Assembly: GCA_009711825.1 (NCBI GenBank)
Contig: VEMY01000021.1
Span: 64,976 to 128,975 of the forward strand
Reading direction: 5' to 3'
Length of the DNA stretch: 64,000 nucleotides
Source of the DNA: Bacillota bacterium
Lineage (GTDB): Bacteria; Bacillota; Proteinivoracia; UBA4975; VEMY01
Made by a program: the position numbers and the translations under genes. This document shows, in pieces, positions 1 through 9,133 of this stretch. The notes beneath the pieces are model-generated. The model ran no database searches and was not told the origin of the DNA. It saw nothing but the letters and a program-made list of their open reading frames with translations. Position 1 is the first letter of the stretch. Each line of letters opens with the position of its first letter.

Positions 1-174
1 TCCCGCAACTTTTTACCCGGTGCTTTTAACTCTGCAAAAAAAGTCCTATTGCCCGGAATAAGAATAATCCGATCTGGCATGCCCGCCATGCCCGGGGAGG
101 TAAATTTAAACGCCCGCCATCCTCGACGCTCAATCTCTCTCTTGAACCGCCGTTCCAGTTTTTGTTCGCTCATG
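1..174 (-). CDS. VRR-NUC domain nuclease, 5' portion only (gene runs off the left edge of the window)
   Basis: Minus-strand ATG at 174 behind a GAGGTG Shine-Dalgarno. Translation MSEQKLERRFKREIERRGWRAFKFTSPGMAGMPDRIILIPG... aligns with the VRR-NUC protein at 29983..30264 (PDRLILLPGG). It sits downstream of the primase, in the same order as in prophage B. Confidence 0.7.
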
Positions 175-258
175 ATCGCACCTCGCTCTCCTTCGCATGA
201 CAGTCAGCGCCAGGGGGTAGACGGGGATGACGGGTTCCGGGCGTACACCTCCTATATA

Positions 259-292
259 TGTACTTGTACTATTGTACTTCTGTACTAGTACT
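259..292. repeat. Five closely spaced GTACT pentamers (starts 260, 266, 274, 282, 288)
   Basis: Read directly from the sequence. Spacing is 6-8 bp, immediately next to the iteron array. Confidence 0.6.
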
Positions 293-327
293 TCTTATTT
301 TTTCTTTATATAAGGAAAAAGAGAATA

Positions 328-560
328 CCCGTCTACTCCGTCTACAGCCCTGATACAACAGGCTTCTTCCCGTCACGCTACTCGTCTACGACTCGTCTAC
401 AGCCGTCTACTTTTTGCAATTTGGTTTGTCATCTTTGCACGTCTTCCGCGTCTACTCCGTCCACCCAAGAACTGGCAAGTGTCAAAAACCCGTCTACCTC
501 GTCCACCCCGTCTACGTCTACCCGTCTACCTTTTGACACCCGTCTACCTTAGTCGTCTAC
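328..560. repeat. Iteron-like array, about 15 copies of (C/T)CGTC(T/C)AC; putative origin of replication of element A
   Basis: Direct repeats CGTCTAC/CGTCCAC start at 330, 339, 383, 394, 404, 449, 458, 491, 500, 509, 515, 523, 541 and 554. They lie just 3' of the primase gene and 5' of VRR-NUC. Confidence 0.65.
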
Positions 561-561
561 C

Positions 562-2916
562 CTAATCCATGAAATCCTCTGGTGCTGCTAGCTTAATTCC
601 CCTCCATCTTCGCGGGGTCCCTTTTCTGTATTCGATGATTTCCGGATGAATAGCTTGAAGCCGTGCGTTGAATTTTGCCTGGTTTAGCGGATGGTTGCCC
701 CACTGGAAGCACATGTTGCGATAGGCGTCATACAGCGCTTGTTTCGCAGTCATCCCTTCTGGGTCCAGCTCACAACATTCATCCAGAAAGCGGGCCACTG
801 TGTCGCTGGCCTTGCGGTACTCCGATAGCGTCTTGGCGATGGTCCCGGATTCCGAAAACCCATCCTGCTTTTGAAGGCGCTGCAGGCCCTCCAAGGCCCG
901 CAGCAGAAATCCCGACAACGCCTCTGGAGTAAATAGGCTTTGACGCAACTTTCGATTGTTGAATTTAACTGAGAAGGGGATAAAGAGGAGTCGGCGGTGA
1001 AATCCTTCGGTGTTGTCCTTGCTGATTGGCGGTTCATTAGCACTGAAAACAAGCTTTGCCCGGTTCTTAAAACTAAAGGATCCTTTGTATTTTTCCTCGG
1101 CTCGGATTAAGTCTCCGGATACCAGTTCTTTAAACCGGCTGGAGTTTTCCAGGACTTTGTCCGGGATATCGGAATGCATGTTAGCCATCTTGCCAAAGAG
1201 GTCAGCCGAGGCGAATTTGTTCTCCGTCAGATCTTGAAAAGACACCTGTGCCACGTTATTGGTTCCTAGAAGTTGGGACAACACTTCGATGAAAGTCCCC
1301 TTACCATTGCCGCCCTCACCATAAAGAAGGAGAGCTTTTTCATATTTCATCTCTGGGGTGAGACAGTAGCCGGCCATTTCATAAAGCACTGGAATTGCAT
1401 CGGCCGGCGCCACCAGCTCCAGGAAAGTATCCATAACGGTAGTGTCTGCGTTAAGATCGTAATTGACCGGGAGTTGGACTATGGTCTTGCAGTCGGGGGT
1501 ATGGGGCAAGAGTTCCATGGTCTCTAAATGAAGCAAACCGTTCTGGACGTTGAGCAAATTGCCGGTGTTGGTTGCCTTCTCCAAAGGAATTACCTCAACC
1601 GTGTTTTTGACATAGGCAAGTGTTTCACGCACCCGGGTAATGGAAAATTCAGTCCCCAGAATTGCCGTGCATTTTTCCTGGAATAGTCGCTCGCCTTTGG
1701 TGTAGACTCCGTTAGCATAGATATACAAATCATCATTAAGCAGCATTGCATGATGTTGCTGGAGGAACCACTCTCCCAGGTAGGCAGCAACGAATTTCTT
1801 TTCCTGAAAAAAGGCTTTAACAATAGGAACGTTCTGCTGGTTATTGGTATTAAACTCGCCGGACATAATCTCCTGACGCCGAGCATGTTCTGTATCCTGA
1901 ACCTGCGGGTCTGTCTCGGCTAAAGTTAGCATTGCTTTAAATGAGTCTAGTTTCGTAATTGGGGTATCGGGTTTGGCATCTTCATCCCGGGTGCCAAATT
2001 TGTGTATCCGAACCAGGTCAAAGGCGTTGACTAGCTGGCCGCTGACGGGATCGGTGCCATGGTGGCTATAGGCGAATTTGCCGCCATCGTAGACCACCAA
2101 CCCCCCTGCAGTACTCCCAGGGATATAGGTATAACGGCCATCAGCAGCAGGAGCGTATATATCGGGCAAGAAAGTCGCTATAGCATCTGCGATATCGTAA
2201 GTAAGGCAGAAGGCGCCAATCCAACCGTCTTTTTCATAAGGATCGCCCTGCTTATCAGCAAGCTTTTTTCGGGAATTTTGGGCTCTGGATGATTCAGGCC
2301 AACGAGACTGATCTTGCCAATCCTCGTATCGAGCCAAGATTTCGTCTGGGTTAAGCCAGGACTCATCAAGATACTCAAAGATAAATTCTCCATCGGAGGC
2401 AGTGGAGGGCCAGTACATTAACCTGTGTGGTTGATAGGTTGTATCGTCAAAGAAATCTATCCCTAAATCGGCTGCAACGCGTCGGGCGATAGCTTGGTAT
2501 TCATCGGGCGTTACAGGCCGCTGGAGGGGCAGTACAAGCCTTAGACGGGGTTTCTCTGGGCAGTGCTTATGAGTGCTATACATCGCGCACGCGCACCCTA
2601 GGAGGGTTTCTACAGAGGCCCATAAATCGCCCTGGGCATAATCCGCATCGAGGGTGAGTACCTGCCGATTAATAACGCTATCAGCTTTGCGACGTCCGTT
2701 TTTTAGTTGGCCCCCAACAAAGCCTCCGACGTCTTTGATGTCGTCCTGCTCTGGCTTGGACAGCTGCAAATATTCAGCATAAGTTTCTCCTGTCCGGGAT
2801 GTCTGACTTAATCTGTCAACTAGTTTGGACCAGGAGATATCTTTATTCTTCCAGTGGGTTTCTTTCCGATTACGGCCGGTTGCTATCCTTAGTTGGTCGT
2901 CGTGCTGTATGAACAC
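562..2916 (-). CDS. Phage/plasmid primase-helicase (P4 / VirE / D5-type, P-loop NTPase)
   Basis: 784 aa. Walker A motif GEGGNGKGT. Similar in length and sequence to the protein at 27424..29757 (WKNKDISW, VVYDG, MYWPS motifs). Confidence 0.85.
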   Translation of the reverse strand: MFIQHDDQLRIATGRNRKETHWKNKDISWSKLVDRLSQTSRTGETYAEYLQLSKPEQDDIKDVGGFVGGQLKNGRRKADSVINRQVLTLDADYAQGDLWASVETLLGCACAMYSTHKHCPEKPRLRLVLPLQRPVTPDEYQAIARRVAADLGIDFFDDTTYQPHRLMYWPSTASDGEFIFEYLDESWLNPDEILARYEDWQDQSRWPESSRAQNSRKKLADKQGDPYEKDGWIGAFCLTYDIADAIATFLPDIYAPAADGRYTYIPGSTAGGLVVYDGGKFAYSHHGTDPVSGQLVNAFDLVRIHKFGTRDEDAKPDTPITKLDSFKAMLTLAETDPQVQDTEHARRQEIMSGEFNTNNQQNVPIVKAFFQEKKFVAAYLGEWFLQQHHAMLLNDDLYIYANGVYTKGERLFQEKCTAILGTEFSITRVRETLAYVKNTVEVIPLEKATNTGNLLNVQNGLLHLETMELLPHTPDCKTIVQLPVNYDLNADTTVMDTFLELVAPADAIPVLYEMAGYCLTPEMKYEKALLLYGEGGNGKGTFIEVLSQLLGTNNVAQVSFQDLTENKFASADLFGKMANMHSDIPDKVLENSSRFKELVSGDLIRAEEKYKGSFSFKNRAKLVFSANEPPISKDNTEGFHRRLLFIPFSVKFNNRKLRQSLFTPEALSGFLLRALEGLQRLQKQDGFSESGTIAKTLSEYRKASDTVARFLDECCELDPEGMTAKQALYDAYRNMCFQWGNHPLNQAKFNARLQAIHPEIIEYRKGTPRRWRGIKLAAPEDFMD

Positions 2917-2927
2917 TGCAGCACCTC

Positions 2928-4865
2928 CTAGTCTTTACGGTAATAATCACTTTCGAAACCTTCTGCGGCCAGCGGTAATTCCGGCGCCCAGGGCAAAGGC
3001 TTGCTTAGTATCTGCGCAAGTTCCAGGACAGATCCAGTGCCAATGGGTGCTTCTACAACTAGCTCATCATGCACATGTAACACTATTTCATAACCTGCGG
3101 CATCGACTTTCATAAGTGCCTCAGCCAGGCAATCTCGGGCAATAGCCTGTACTATGTTTTCTGTTAACTTGCCTCCGTACGTTTGGAGCCGCCCCCAACC
3201 GCCTGTATCTTGGCCCTCATAGGTGAGACAAGGTTTATTGAACTTAGGGTCATTCTCAATCCTGGGCCGAGCATAGGCCAAACTACGATTGGAGGGAAGT
3301 TTAACGAAAAGCATACCTGCAGAGCAAGTGAGCTCCAGCTGTCCTAAGTTAACTGTGCTTTGTTCTTGAACAGCTCGGACAGCAGCAGTTTCAACATCGC
3401 GCCAAAACTGCACTATGTTAGGATTTGATGCTCGCCAGCTACTAACCAGACCTGGCAACTCTGTTTCAGAAAGGCCCATGCTCAAAGCGCCCATCTTTAT
3501 CAGGGCTCCAGTGCTACCTTGGTAGCCTAAGGCTAATTCTGCAACCTTACCTTTTTGTCGTAGCTCTTTGTTAACCTGAGCGAGGGGAATGCCAAACATC
3601 TGGGAGGCTGACGCTTCATAGATTTTCCCATGCCCCCGGAACACATCCAGACGCCACTGTTCCCGGGCTAACCAGGATAAGATACGGGCCTCAATTGCCG
3701 AGAAATCTATAACGAGAAACCTGCAGCCGTCTTTAGGTATAAGAGCTGTGCGGACTAGCTGGGCCAGCGTGTCAGGGATACTACCAAAGAGGAGTTCTAG
3801 CTCCTCAAAGCTACCCTTCTTAAGCATGTCCCGGGCCACCTCAATATCTTTTAGGTAGTTCCGTGGGAGGTTGTGCGGTTGAATTAACCGCCCTGCCCAA
3901 CGGCCAGTCCTGCCGGCGCCGTAATAATGAAGAGTGCCCCGAATTCGGTCGTCCTGGCCGATGGTTCTCGCCATGGCCTGGTATTTTTTAATCGATGTCC
4001 GGGCTAGCTCCTGGCGCAGCTCTAACATTCTGGTAACGTTTGGATTGTCGGTGTCAGCAAGTATTTGAGCCACAGATTCTTTGGCTAGGCTGTCTGTATC
4101 AATGCCCTCAGTGTCTTTTAACCAGGTTTTTAGCTGGGCTACACTTTTAGGGTTGCTGATACCAGTCAGCCGCTTAGCTTCCTCAAGCAATTGCTTTTGA
4201 TGCCGCTTATTGCAGACGGCTGCCTGTTTAATCAGTTTACGGTCCGCCTGGATCCCTCTGTCGTTGATATGCTGATCCAATTGCCACAGACTTTGTTCGT
4301 AACCTGACATAGGATAGCGCTGTAGCTTATCGCGGATAGCGCGTTCAACAATTACGTCTTGGACGCAATATTGACGGAATTGCCCCCAACGTTCAGGATC
4401 ATGCTCGGGCAGGTTTCTTGGCCATAGATTGTTAGCCTGTTTAGTTTTTGCTGGAGTGCAAAAGTATCTAATGAGCGTGGGCCCTTTTTTATCCTTACGC
4501 TGTGCAATCTTCAGCGCTTCTGCCACCTGTCCCAGGCTGGCGGGCAGTCCAAGAGTTAAGGCGTGAGCTTGCGTGCATTGCCAATGCTCTGGAGGAAGGG
4601 TTCGGCTAAAGTGTTTTGCTAAGCATGCTCGTTCGAAAGCGGCATTAAATGCCGTTTTAACAACTTGGGGGTCAAATATGGCAGCTTGAATTTCCGTAGG
4701 TACTTTTTCACCCTGGGCTAAGTCAATTAACTGCACTGGTTGATTATCAAATGCATAGGCGAAGAGGAGGACCTGAAAGTCCTCGCTCTCCGCATAGCGA
4801 TAAGCCCCACATTTATTCAGTTCTACGCTGGAGTAGGTCTCTATATCGATCGCCAGGGTTCTCAT
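2928..4865 (-). CDS. Family A DNA polymerase (phage Pol I-like with 3'-5' exonuclease domain)
   Basis: 645 aa. Motifs IDIETYS (exonuclease), DFSAIEARILSWLA and HDELVVE (polymerase A). Paralog of 24203..26137. Confidence 0.9.
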   Translation of the reverse strand: MRTLAIDIETYSSVELNKCGAYRYAESEDFQVLLFAYAFDNQPVQLIDLAQGEKVPTEIQAAIFDPQVVKTAFNAAFERACLAKHFSRTLPPEHWQCTQAHALTLGLPASLGQVAEALKIAQRKDKKGPTLIRYFCTPAKTKQANNLWPRNLPEHDPERWGQFRQYCVQDVIVERAIRDKLQRYPMSGYEQSLWQLDQHINDRGIQADRKLIKQAAVCNKRHQKQLLEEAKRLTGISNPKSVAQLKTWLKDTEGIDTDSLAKESVAQILADTDNPNVTRMLELRQELARTSIKKYQAMARTIGQDDRIRGTLHYYGAGRTGRWAGRLIQPHNLPRNYLKDIEVARDMLKKGSFEELELLFGSIPDTLAQLVRTALIPKDGCRFLVIDFSAIEARILSWLAREQWRLDVFRGHGKIYEASASQMFGIPLAQVNKELRQKGKVAELALGYQGSTGALIKMGALSMGLSETELPGLVSSWRASNPNIVQFWRDVETAAVRAVQEQSTVNLGQLELTCSAGMLFVKLPSNRSLAYARPRIENDPKFNKPCLTYEGQDTGGWGRLQTYGGKLTENIVQAIARDCLAEALMKVDAAGYEIVLHVHDELVVEAPIGTGSVLELAQILSKPLPWAPELPLAAEGFESDYYRKD

Positions 4866-4867
4866 AA

Positions 4868-5551
4868 CTATCCTAAAATGTCGTCATCGTCGTCATCAGC
4901 AAAGTCGTCATTGAAATCATCTTCAGCCCGGCTCCGTCCACTAAGGGACTCACCATCAGCGAGTTTTTGAATGTTGTTTAAGCCACAAGCGATACCCCTG
5001 TTGCCAGCCGTATTATAAGGGTAGAAGTTTATGCTGACGCGCCCATAACAGCCAGAGTAAAATTCGCTCTGGTCCATGATGGGATTAAGGTCCGCATCAA
5101 CCAGGCCAGGCTTTTGTAAAGAATTTGCGTTAATGAAGTACATGCCCTGAAATTCTTCCTGGTCAGATCTTTCTTCGTCACCATCACGAACAGGTAACTT
5201 AAGATTGGCGGGAACTTTGCCACCCCATATAGAGGAGCCTTGCTGCTTGGCTGACTCAATAGCGGCTTTGATTTTCTTCAGAGTAACCTTATCGGTTTTG
5301 GGTATCAGCAAGCACAATGAGTATTTTGGGTCTGCGCCTTCGGTGATTGCAACTGGTTTAAAGACGTGTGCGTAAGCGAATCTGATTTTTTCAGTAATCA
5401 CCTTGGTGGCAGGAGCTTTTTTTGCAGTTGACATTATGGAATCCTCCTTAGTTTTAATTATCCCAACGGGACAAGGTTCATCTGGAAACAGATCATCTGG
5501 ACACTGATAACCATAGTTAGGTGCGCCTTTACAGTTAGGGGGCATGTCCAC
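4868..5551 (-). CDS. SSB-like phage replication protein (DUF2815-like) with acidic C-terminal tail
   Basis: 227 aa. C-terminus DDFNDDFADDDDDDILG. Paralog of 23556..24137. Conserved position between the polymerase and the nuclease. Confidence 0.6.
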   Translation of the reverse strand: MDMPPNCKGAPNYGYQCPDDLFPDEPCPVGIIKTKEDSIMSTAKKAPATKVITEKIRFAYAHVFKPVAITEGADPKYSLCLLIPKTDKVTLKKIKAAIESAKQQGSSIWGGKVPANLKLPVRDGDEERSDQEEFQGMYFINANSLQKPGLVDADLNPIMDQSEFYSGCYGRVSINFYPYNTAGNRGIACGLNNIQKLADGESLSGRSRAEDDFNDDFADDDDDDILG

Positions 5552-5574
5552 TCACTAGACAATGACGCCACCTC

Positions 5575-6732
5575 TTAACCGAAGTCCGCTTTGGCGGCTT
5601 CTGCTGAATTAAGTTCCGGGCGCCCGTCTGATTCGGGGACCAGGGTAGGTTTGCCTGGCGGCTTAATAACCAAATCGCCCAGCTGTAGGCCAAACTCTTT
5701 TTTCCCCAACAGCTTTTCCATGGCAGTGATGCCCAGTAACTTCTTCTGGAAAATCTGGTCTTCGGTATAACCTTCTGCTGATAGTTTTGTGGCCACTGCC
5801 GCCTCATCAGCATATTTCCGGTTGCTTCGCCCTTCGACAAGTTTATAGCCAGGGAATTTCACTCCATGTTTCTCGGCTTGCTCCAGGGCGTAGGCTTGGA
5901 TATCTGACGCCCACTTTTGTAGCTGTTCAGCCTGAGTTAGAATTTCTGCAATCTCTGGGACGTCCAACAATGGTGGCTTCCTAAATTCATGCTTAGCTAG
6001 TTCAAGGTTGGCCTTTACCCGGGCGCGGCATGTAGCCTTAGCTTTACAAAACCGGCAGTGATCACCCGCAACAAACTCGCCTTTGCCGCTAGCCGCCAAC
6101 TTGGCCTTGGGGGCCACGTAATCAGTGGCCCAGGCCAATAGCTTGTCCACGGATAATTCCTCCGTGGAGATGTTATCCAGACGGGGCTGAATGATGGTCA
6201 TGCGCACTGTCTGAATATCGTAAAGGATAGAGTAAGCGGCATAGGCACCCAAGCCATACAAGCGCATCTGGGAGTTGTTTTCGGCAGACACGGGAACCCC
6301 TTTTCCATACTTGAGGTCTATAATCTCGACCGTGTTGTCAGCAATAATTACGACGTCTCCCGTGCCAAAACCGTCAGGGACCCAGTTTGAATAATCAAGG
6401 CGTTGCTCTAATAGCGCGACAGTATCACAGCAGCGCACTTTGGCCGCCATGAAGATTTCGGACACTTGATCCACGTATTGCTGGATATAGTCCTGCATCT
6501 CCTGGGAGTAGAACTCGTGTTTTTGCAGGGCCAAAAGCTTGGTTTTATAGACGCTTGGTTTAGTGGTGTTGGCTACAGCCCGCGACAATAGCAACTCCGC
6601 CAGTTCGTGGGCAAATGTCCCTTCAGCTGCGTACTCACTCTGCGCATCAGGAAACTGTTCTTCCAGCTTGGCGCTGGGCGGGCAAGCCAGCCACCGGGCT
6701 GATCCGGATGCGCTTAACAGTGCATGTTTCAT
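5575..6732 (-). CDS. PD-(D/E)XK nuclease, Cas4/RecB-like (DUF2800-like) with 1+3 Cys cluster
   Basis: 385 aa. GTGDVVII...EIIDLKYGKG gives the D...ExK motif. N-terminal Cys plus CRFCKAKATC. Paralog of 22417..23553. Confidence 0.7.
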   Translation of the reverse strand: MKHALLSASGSARWLACPPSAKLEEQFPDAQSEYAAEGTFAHELAELLLSRAVANTTKPSVYKTKLLALQKHEFYSQEMQDYIQQYVDQVSEIFMAAKVRCCDTVALLEQRLDYSNWVPDGFGTGDVVIIADNTVEIIDLKYGKGVPVSAENNSQMRLYGLGAYAAYSILYDIQTVRMTIIQPRLDNISTEELSVDKLLAWATDYVAPKAKLAASGKGEFVAGDHCRFCKAKATCRARVKANLELAKHEFRKPPLLDVPEIAEILTQAEQLQKWASDIQAYALEQAEKHGVKFPGYKLVEGRSNRKYADEAAVATKLSAEGYTEDQIFQKKLLGITAMEKLLGKKEFGLQLGDLVIKPPGKPTLVPESDGRPELNSAEAAKADFG

Positions 6733-7034
6733 GCGATCTTCTCAGCCCGGGCTAAAACCTCCGCGTAGCGCTCAGCAGGTATCTCTGTAAGCTTGCTTGC
6801 GCCGAAGTCAGTGATGATCTGTTTAACCTCAGCTTGCTTACCGTTTTGAGATAGGTTAGCGAGTTTCGCTCGAACTTGCTCCAGGGATACAGTTTGCTTT
6901 GGTTCCTGCTCAACGGTCGATGATGTGGAAGTTGAAACCGGCGGCGCAGACACTGCTTGTCCTTCCAGTGCTTTTGCTAGTGCATATATGGCCTCAGAAA
7001 GCTGGGGGGCGAGAATCGTAATTTCTATTTGCAT
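6729..7034 (-). CDS. Hypothetical phage protein (paralog of 22097..22420)
   Basis: 101 aa. Shares the QVRAxLA...PAxYAxxLAxAE motif with the prophage B gene at the same syntenic position. Confidence 0.5.
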   Translation of the reverse strand: MQIEITILAPQLSEAIYALAKALEGQAVSAPPVSTSTSSTVEQEPKQTVSLEQVRAKLANLSQNGKQAEVKQIITDFGASKLTEIPAERYAEVLARAEKIA

Positions 7035-7387
7035 TCGGCATCCTCCTTAGGTGAGTGTTCAAGTTTTGCAATTTCTTCAAGTGCTGTACCAGACAAGAGT
7101 TTAGCTAAAGTTAAGCCATCTCTCAGGCCTTGTAAGTATGTTTCATCTAGCATTATCCCGTAAGCGAGGGCATTTGCATTTTCGAACTCTGCATACTCAT
7201 TGAATCCTTCACGCTTAGCTAGGCGACACATTTTTACCTCTAAGTCAATTGCTTTATTCTTGGCTTTTGAGTATGCAGGTATCCGGAAAAGCTTGGCCGA
7301 CAAATCGAAAGTCCTGTCATGTATGAATTGGCTTAAATCACGACCAAATGAGATTTCAATGTTTGATGTCGCTCGACTTGGCTTCAT
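7025..7387 (-). CDS. Hypothetical phage early protein
   Basis: 120-aa ORF on the operon strand, 4-bp overlap with flanking genes. Confidence 0.45.
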   Translation of the reverse strand: MKPSRATSNIEISFGRDLSQFIHDRTFDLSAKLFRIPAYSKAKNKAIDLEVKMCRLAKREGFNEYAEFENANALAYGIMLDETYLQGLRDGLTLAKLLSGTALEEIAKLEHSPKEDAECK

Positions 7388-7626
7388 AGTTTTTCCTCCT
7401 CAATGTGGTCACCGTTAGCAAAAAAGCGACCGCAGTCGGGGGTAAGACAATTGTAGCCGGCGGTGTTATTTGGGGTTCCAAAATTGCCACACTTTGGGCA
7501 CTGGTCAGGTCTTCGGCATTTATGCCACCACTGACATTTAGGGCCGGCGCATTTGTCGGGCCAGTCGAGTTCCTTTAGCCAGGCTACCGCTTCAGCAACT
7601 ACGAGCAAAGGACAAAAAGTGTCCAT
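7384..7626 (-). CDS. Small Cys-rich zinc-ribbon protein
   Basis: 80 aa. CPKCGNFG...CLTPDCG. Strong GGAGGAG Shine-Dalgarno upstream of the start at 7626. Confidence 0.55.
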   Translation of the reverse strand: MDTFCPLLVVAEAVAWLKELDWPDKCAGPKCQWWHKCRRPDQCPKCGNFGTPNNTAGYNCLTPDCGRFFANGDHIEEEKL

Positions 7627-7639
7627 TTACATCCTCCTC

Positions 7640-7668
7640 TTGGCAAAATCGTGGTAATGGGGTATAAT
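7640..7668 (+). promoter_or_regulatory. Near-consensus sigma-A-type promoter on the plus strand (TTGGCA-N17-TATAAT), antisense to the early operon
   Basis: TTGGCA at 7640-7645, a 17-nt spacer, TATAAT at 7663-7668. Confidence 0.4.
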
Positions 7669-7682
7669 CTGAGTGATTGTTT

Positions 7683-7707
7683 GGCCGCGCTATGCGGTTT
7701 TTTTTTT
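7683..7707 (+). terminator. Short GC hairpin (CCGC/GCGG) followed by a 10-T run
   Basis: ggCCGCgctatGCGG then tttttttttt, about 15 nt downstream of the plus-strand promoter. Implies a transcript of only about 35 nt. Confidence 0.4.
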
Positions 7708-7709
7708 AT

Positions 7710-7916
7710 TTAAAATATCTCGCCTACTGCAACTACAAATGATATTCCTGATTGTTCGCAACGTTTCACCTCCTGAGCGGCAAGCTCGCCAGTTATGATT
7801 ACATCATGCTGGCTTTTTTGCTTATGCTGCTTTGCAAGTTTGCGAACGGTTTTACGGCTGTCTGAAAGAATACTAAACTGACACACGCAACATTCAGCAT
7901 GCCATTTCATCGCCAC
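7710..7916 (-). CDS. Hypothetical small protein
   Basis: 68-aa ORF in the minus-strand operon, overlapping the next gene by 10 nt. Confidence 0.4.
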   Translation of the reverse strand: MAMKWHAECCVCQFSILSDSRKTVRKLAKQHKQKSQHDVIITGELAAQEVKRCEQSGISFVVAVGEIF

Positions 7917-8167
7917 ATCCCCTTAACCATTCCCCAGTCCTTGAACGGCAGAGGCGCTAAGTTAGCCAAATCTCTTACTGCCTCATCTCTTCCGCACTGG
8001 TTGCAAATATAGACGTCGACATACCGACTTAACGCATTTTTGATAATGTCCCGGTTCATGCGGTCATGCCCGCAACGGGGACAGGGGAAGGGAATTACTT
8101 TAGAGTCTTCTTGAATAGGCCTTAGGTTTTCAATCAAGCTTTTTGCCTTATGTGCAAGCTTGTCCAT
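7907..8167 (-). CDS. Small zinc-ribbon protein
   Basis: 86 aa. CPRCGHD...CNQCGRDE. Confidence 0.5.
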   Translation of the reverse strand: MDKLAHKAKSLIENLRPIQEDSKVIPFPCPRCGHDRMNRDIIKNALSRYVDVYICNQCGRDEAVRDLANLAPLPFKDWGMVKGMWR

Positions 8168-8178
8168 GGTACACCTCC

Positions 8179-8520
8179 CTATAGGTAGTACGATACGGAT
8201 TCGGATTCCAGAAACTCTTTGATCCGCTTAATGTCTTCGTGATTAAGTGATATAAATTCACCTTCAGCATCGCTTTTGCAAAATAGGATATCGCCTACAA
8301 ACGCTCCGAAATGGCATACAAGGTTAGTTGGTTTATGATTGATTCTGCCTTCTTCATCGACAACCAGGACATACTGGCAATCATCGATTGTCACTGGCAC
8401 GGCCTGGATATAGCCGCCAACCAGCTGCTGTAAAGAGGCCAATGTGTTATCAATTGTCAACTCCTGAGGCTGTTCAGCGGCCCGCAGTAACACTATCTTG
8501 ATGCGCGCCTCACTAGGCAT
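8179..8520 (-). CDS. Hypothetical phage protein (DUF3846-like)
   Basis: 113 aa with a DEEGRxNHKPTN-type motif. The family assignment is from memory. Confidence 0.5.
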   Translation of the reverse strand: MPSEARIKIVLLRAAEQPQELTIDNTLASLQQLVGGYIQAVPVTIDDCQYVLVVDEEGRINHKPTNLVCHFGAFVGDILFCKSDAEGEFISLNHEDIKRIKEFLESESVSYYL

Positions 8521-8674
8521 CTACATAACCCCCTTTCTTGATTTGCTGTTCTTTCTGCCACTCCTCAAATTTCCGTTGGTTCTCTGGGTCTTCAAAATAC
8601 TTGGCGATAAGTTTTACCAGCGGTCTTGTCAAATGATCTAAATCATATTGAGGGATGGTTACCTTTTCAGTCAT
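8513..8674 (-). CDS. Small hypothetical protein (53 aa), not in the supplied ORF track
   Basis: Minus-strand ATG at 8674 behind GGAGGAG-N6. Translation MTEKVTIPQYDLDHLTRPLVKLIAKYFEDPENQRKFEEWQKEQQIKKGGYVDA. Overlaps the start of the next gene by 8 nt. Confidence 0.45.
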   Translation of the reverse strand: MTEKVTIPQYDLDHLTRPLVKLIAKYFEDPENQRKFEEWQKEQQIKKGGYVDA

Positions 8675-8773
8675 TGGTTACTCCTCCTTCCAGTTGTAGG
8701 AATTTTCTCCCCGCGTGTCGAAAAGGTGAGTTGTCCAGACAAACCAAATTCCCCACGAAGGGAGGTGAACTTA

Positions 8774-8971
8774 ATGAGATGCCCATTTTGCGGAAGCAGT
8801 GTCTACTCCAAGTTAATCCCCCCGGAAGGCCACAGCGTAGTGCTGACGACGATCAACTACAAGGAAGAGAATTTAAGGCCTTCGTCTGCAATTAAAGTGA
8901 ACGTTATGGTATGTGGAGACTGCAAAAAAGCGCAGCTAGAAGTGCCAAGCGCAAATCCAATATTCGCGTAA
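8774..8971 (+). CDS. Small zinc-ribbon protein (65 aa), opposite strand to its neighbours
   Basis: MRCPFCGSS...VCGDCKK. Shine-Dalgarno GGGAGGTG 6 nt upstream of the ATG at 8774. Confidence 0.5.
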   Translation: MRCPFCGSSVYSKLIPPEGHSVVLTTINYKEENLRPSSAIKVNVMVCGDCKKAQLEVPSANPIFA

Positions 8972-8991
8972 CTTTACTATTGCTTATGTTT

Positions 8992-9117
8992 CTATGGCCG
9001 CTCTTGGGTCCGCTCTTCTAGGGCGGCCACTCTTTTTTCTAACTCGCTCATCCTTTTCTCTAGGGCTTCAACAGTTGGAATAGCAATAGTGTCGCATTCT
9101 ACACGCATCCCTTTCAT
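8992..9117 (-). CDS. Small coiled-coil protein (about 41 aa)
   Basis: MKGMRVECD...LEKRMSELEKRVAALEERTQERP. Shine-Dalgarno GGGGGTGA upstream of the ATG at 9117. Start choice is uncertain. Confidence 0.3.
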   Translation of the reverse strand: MKGMRVECDTIAIPTVEALEKRMSELEKRVAALEERTQERP

Positions 9118-9133
9118 CTTCGACTTCACCCCC

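Noticed and set aside
49-288. 79-aa plus-strand ORF at the left edge
   Set aside because: It lies antisense to the well-supported VRR-NUC gene start (minus strand, ATG at 174 with a Shine-Dalgarno) and has no Shine-Dalgarno of its own. Its Arg/Ser-rich composition is typical of antisense translation.
328-560. Possible CRISPR array, given the many short direct repeats
   Set aside because: The repeat unit is only 7-8 bp with irregular 1-40 bp gaps. There are no spacers of uniform length, no cas genes and no leader. The pattern fits iterons.
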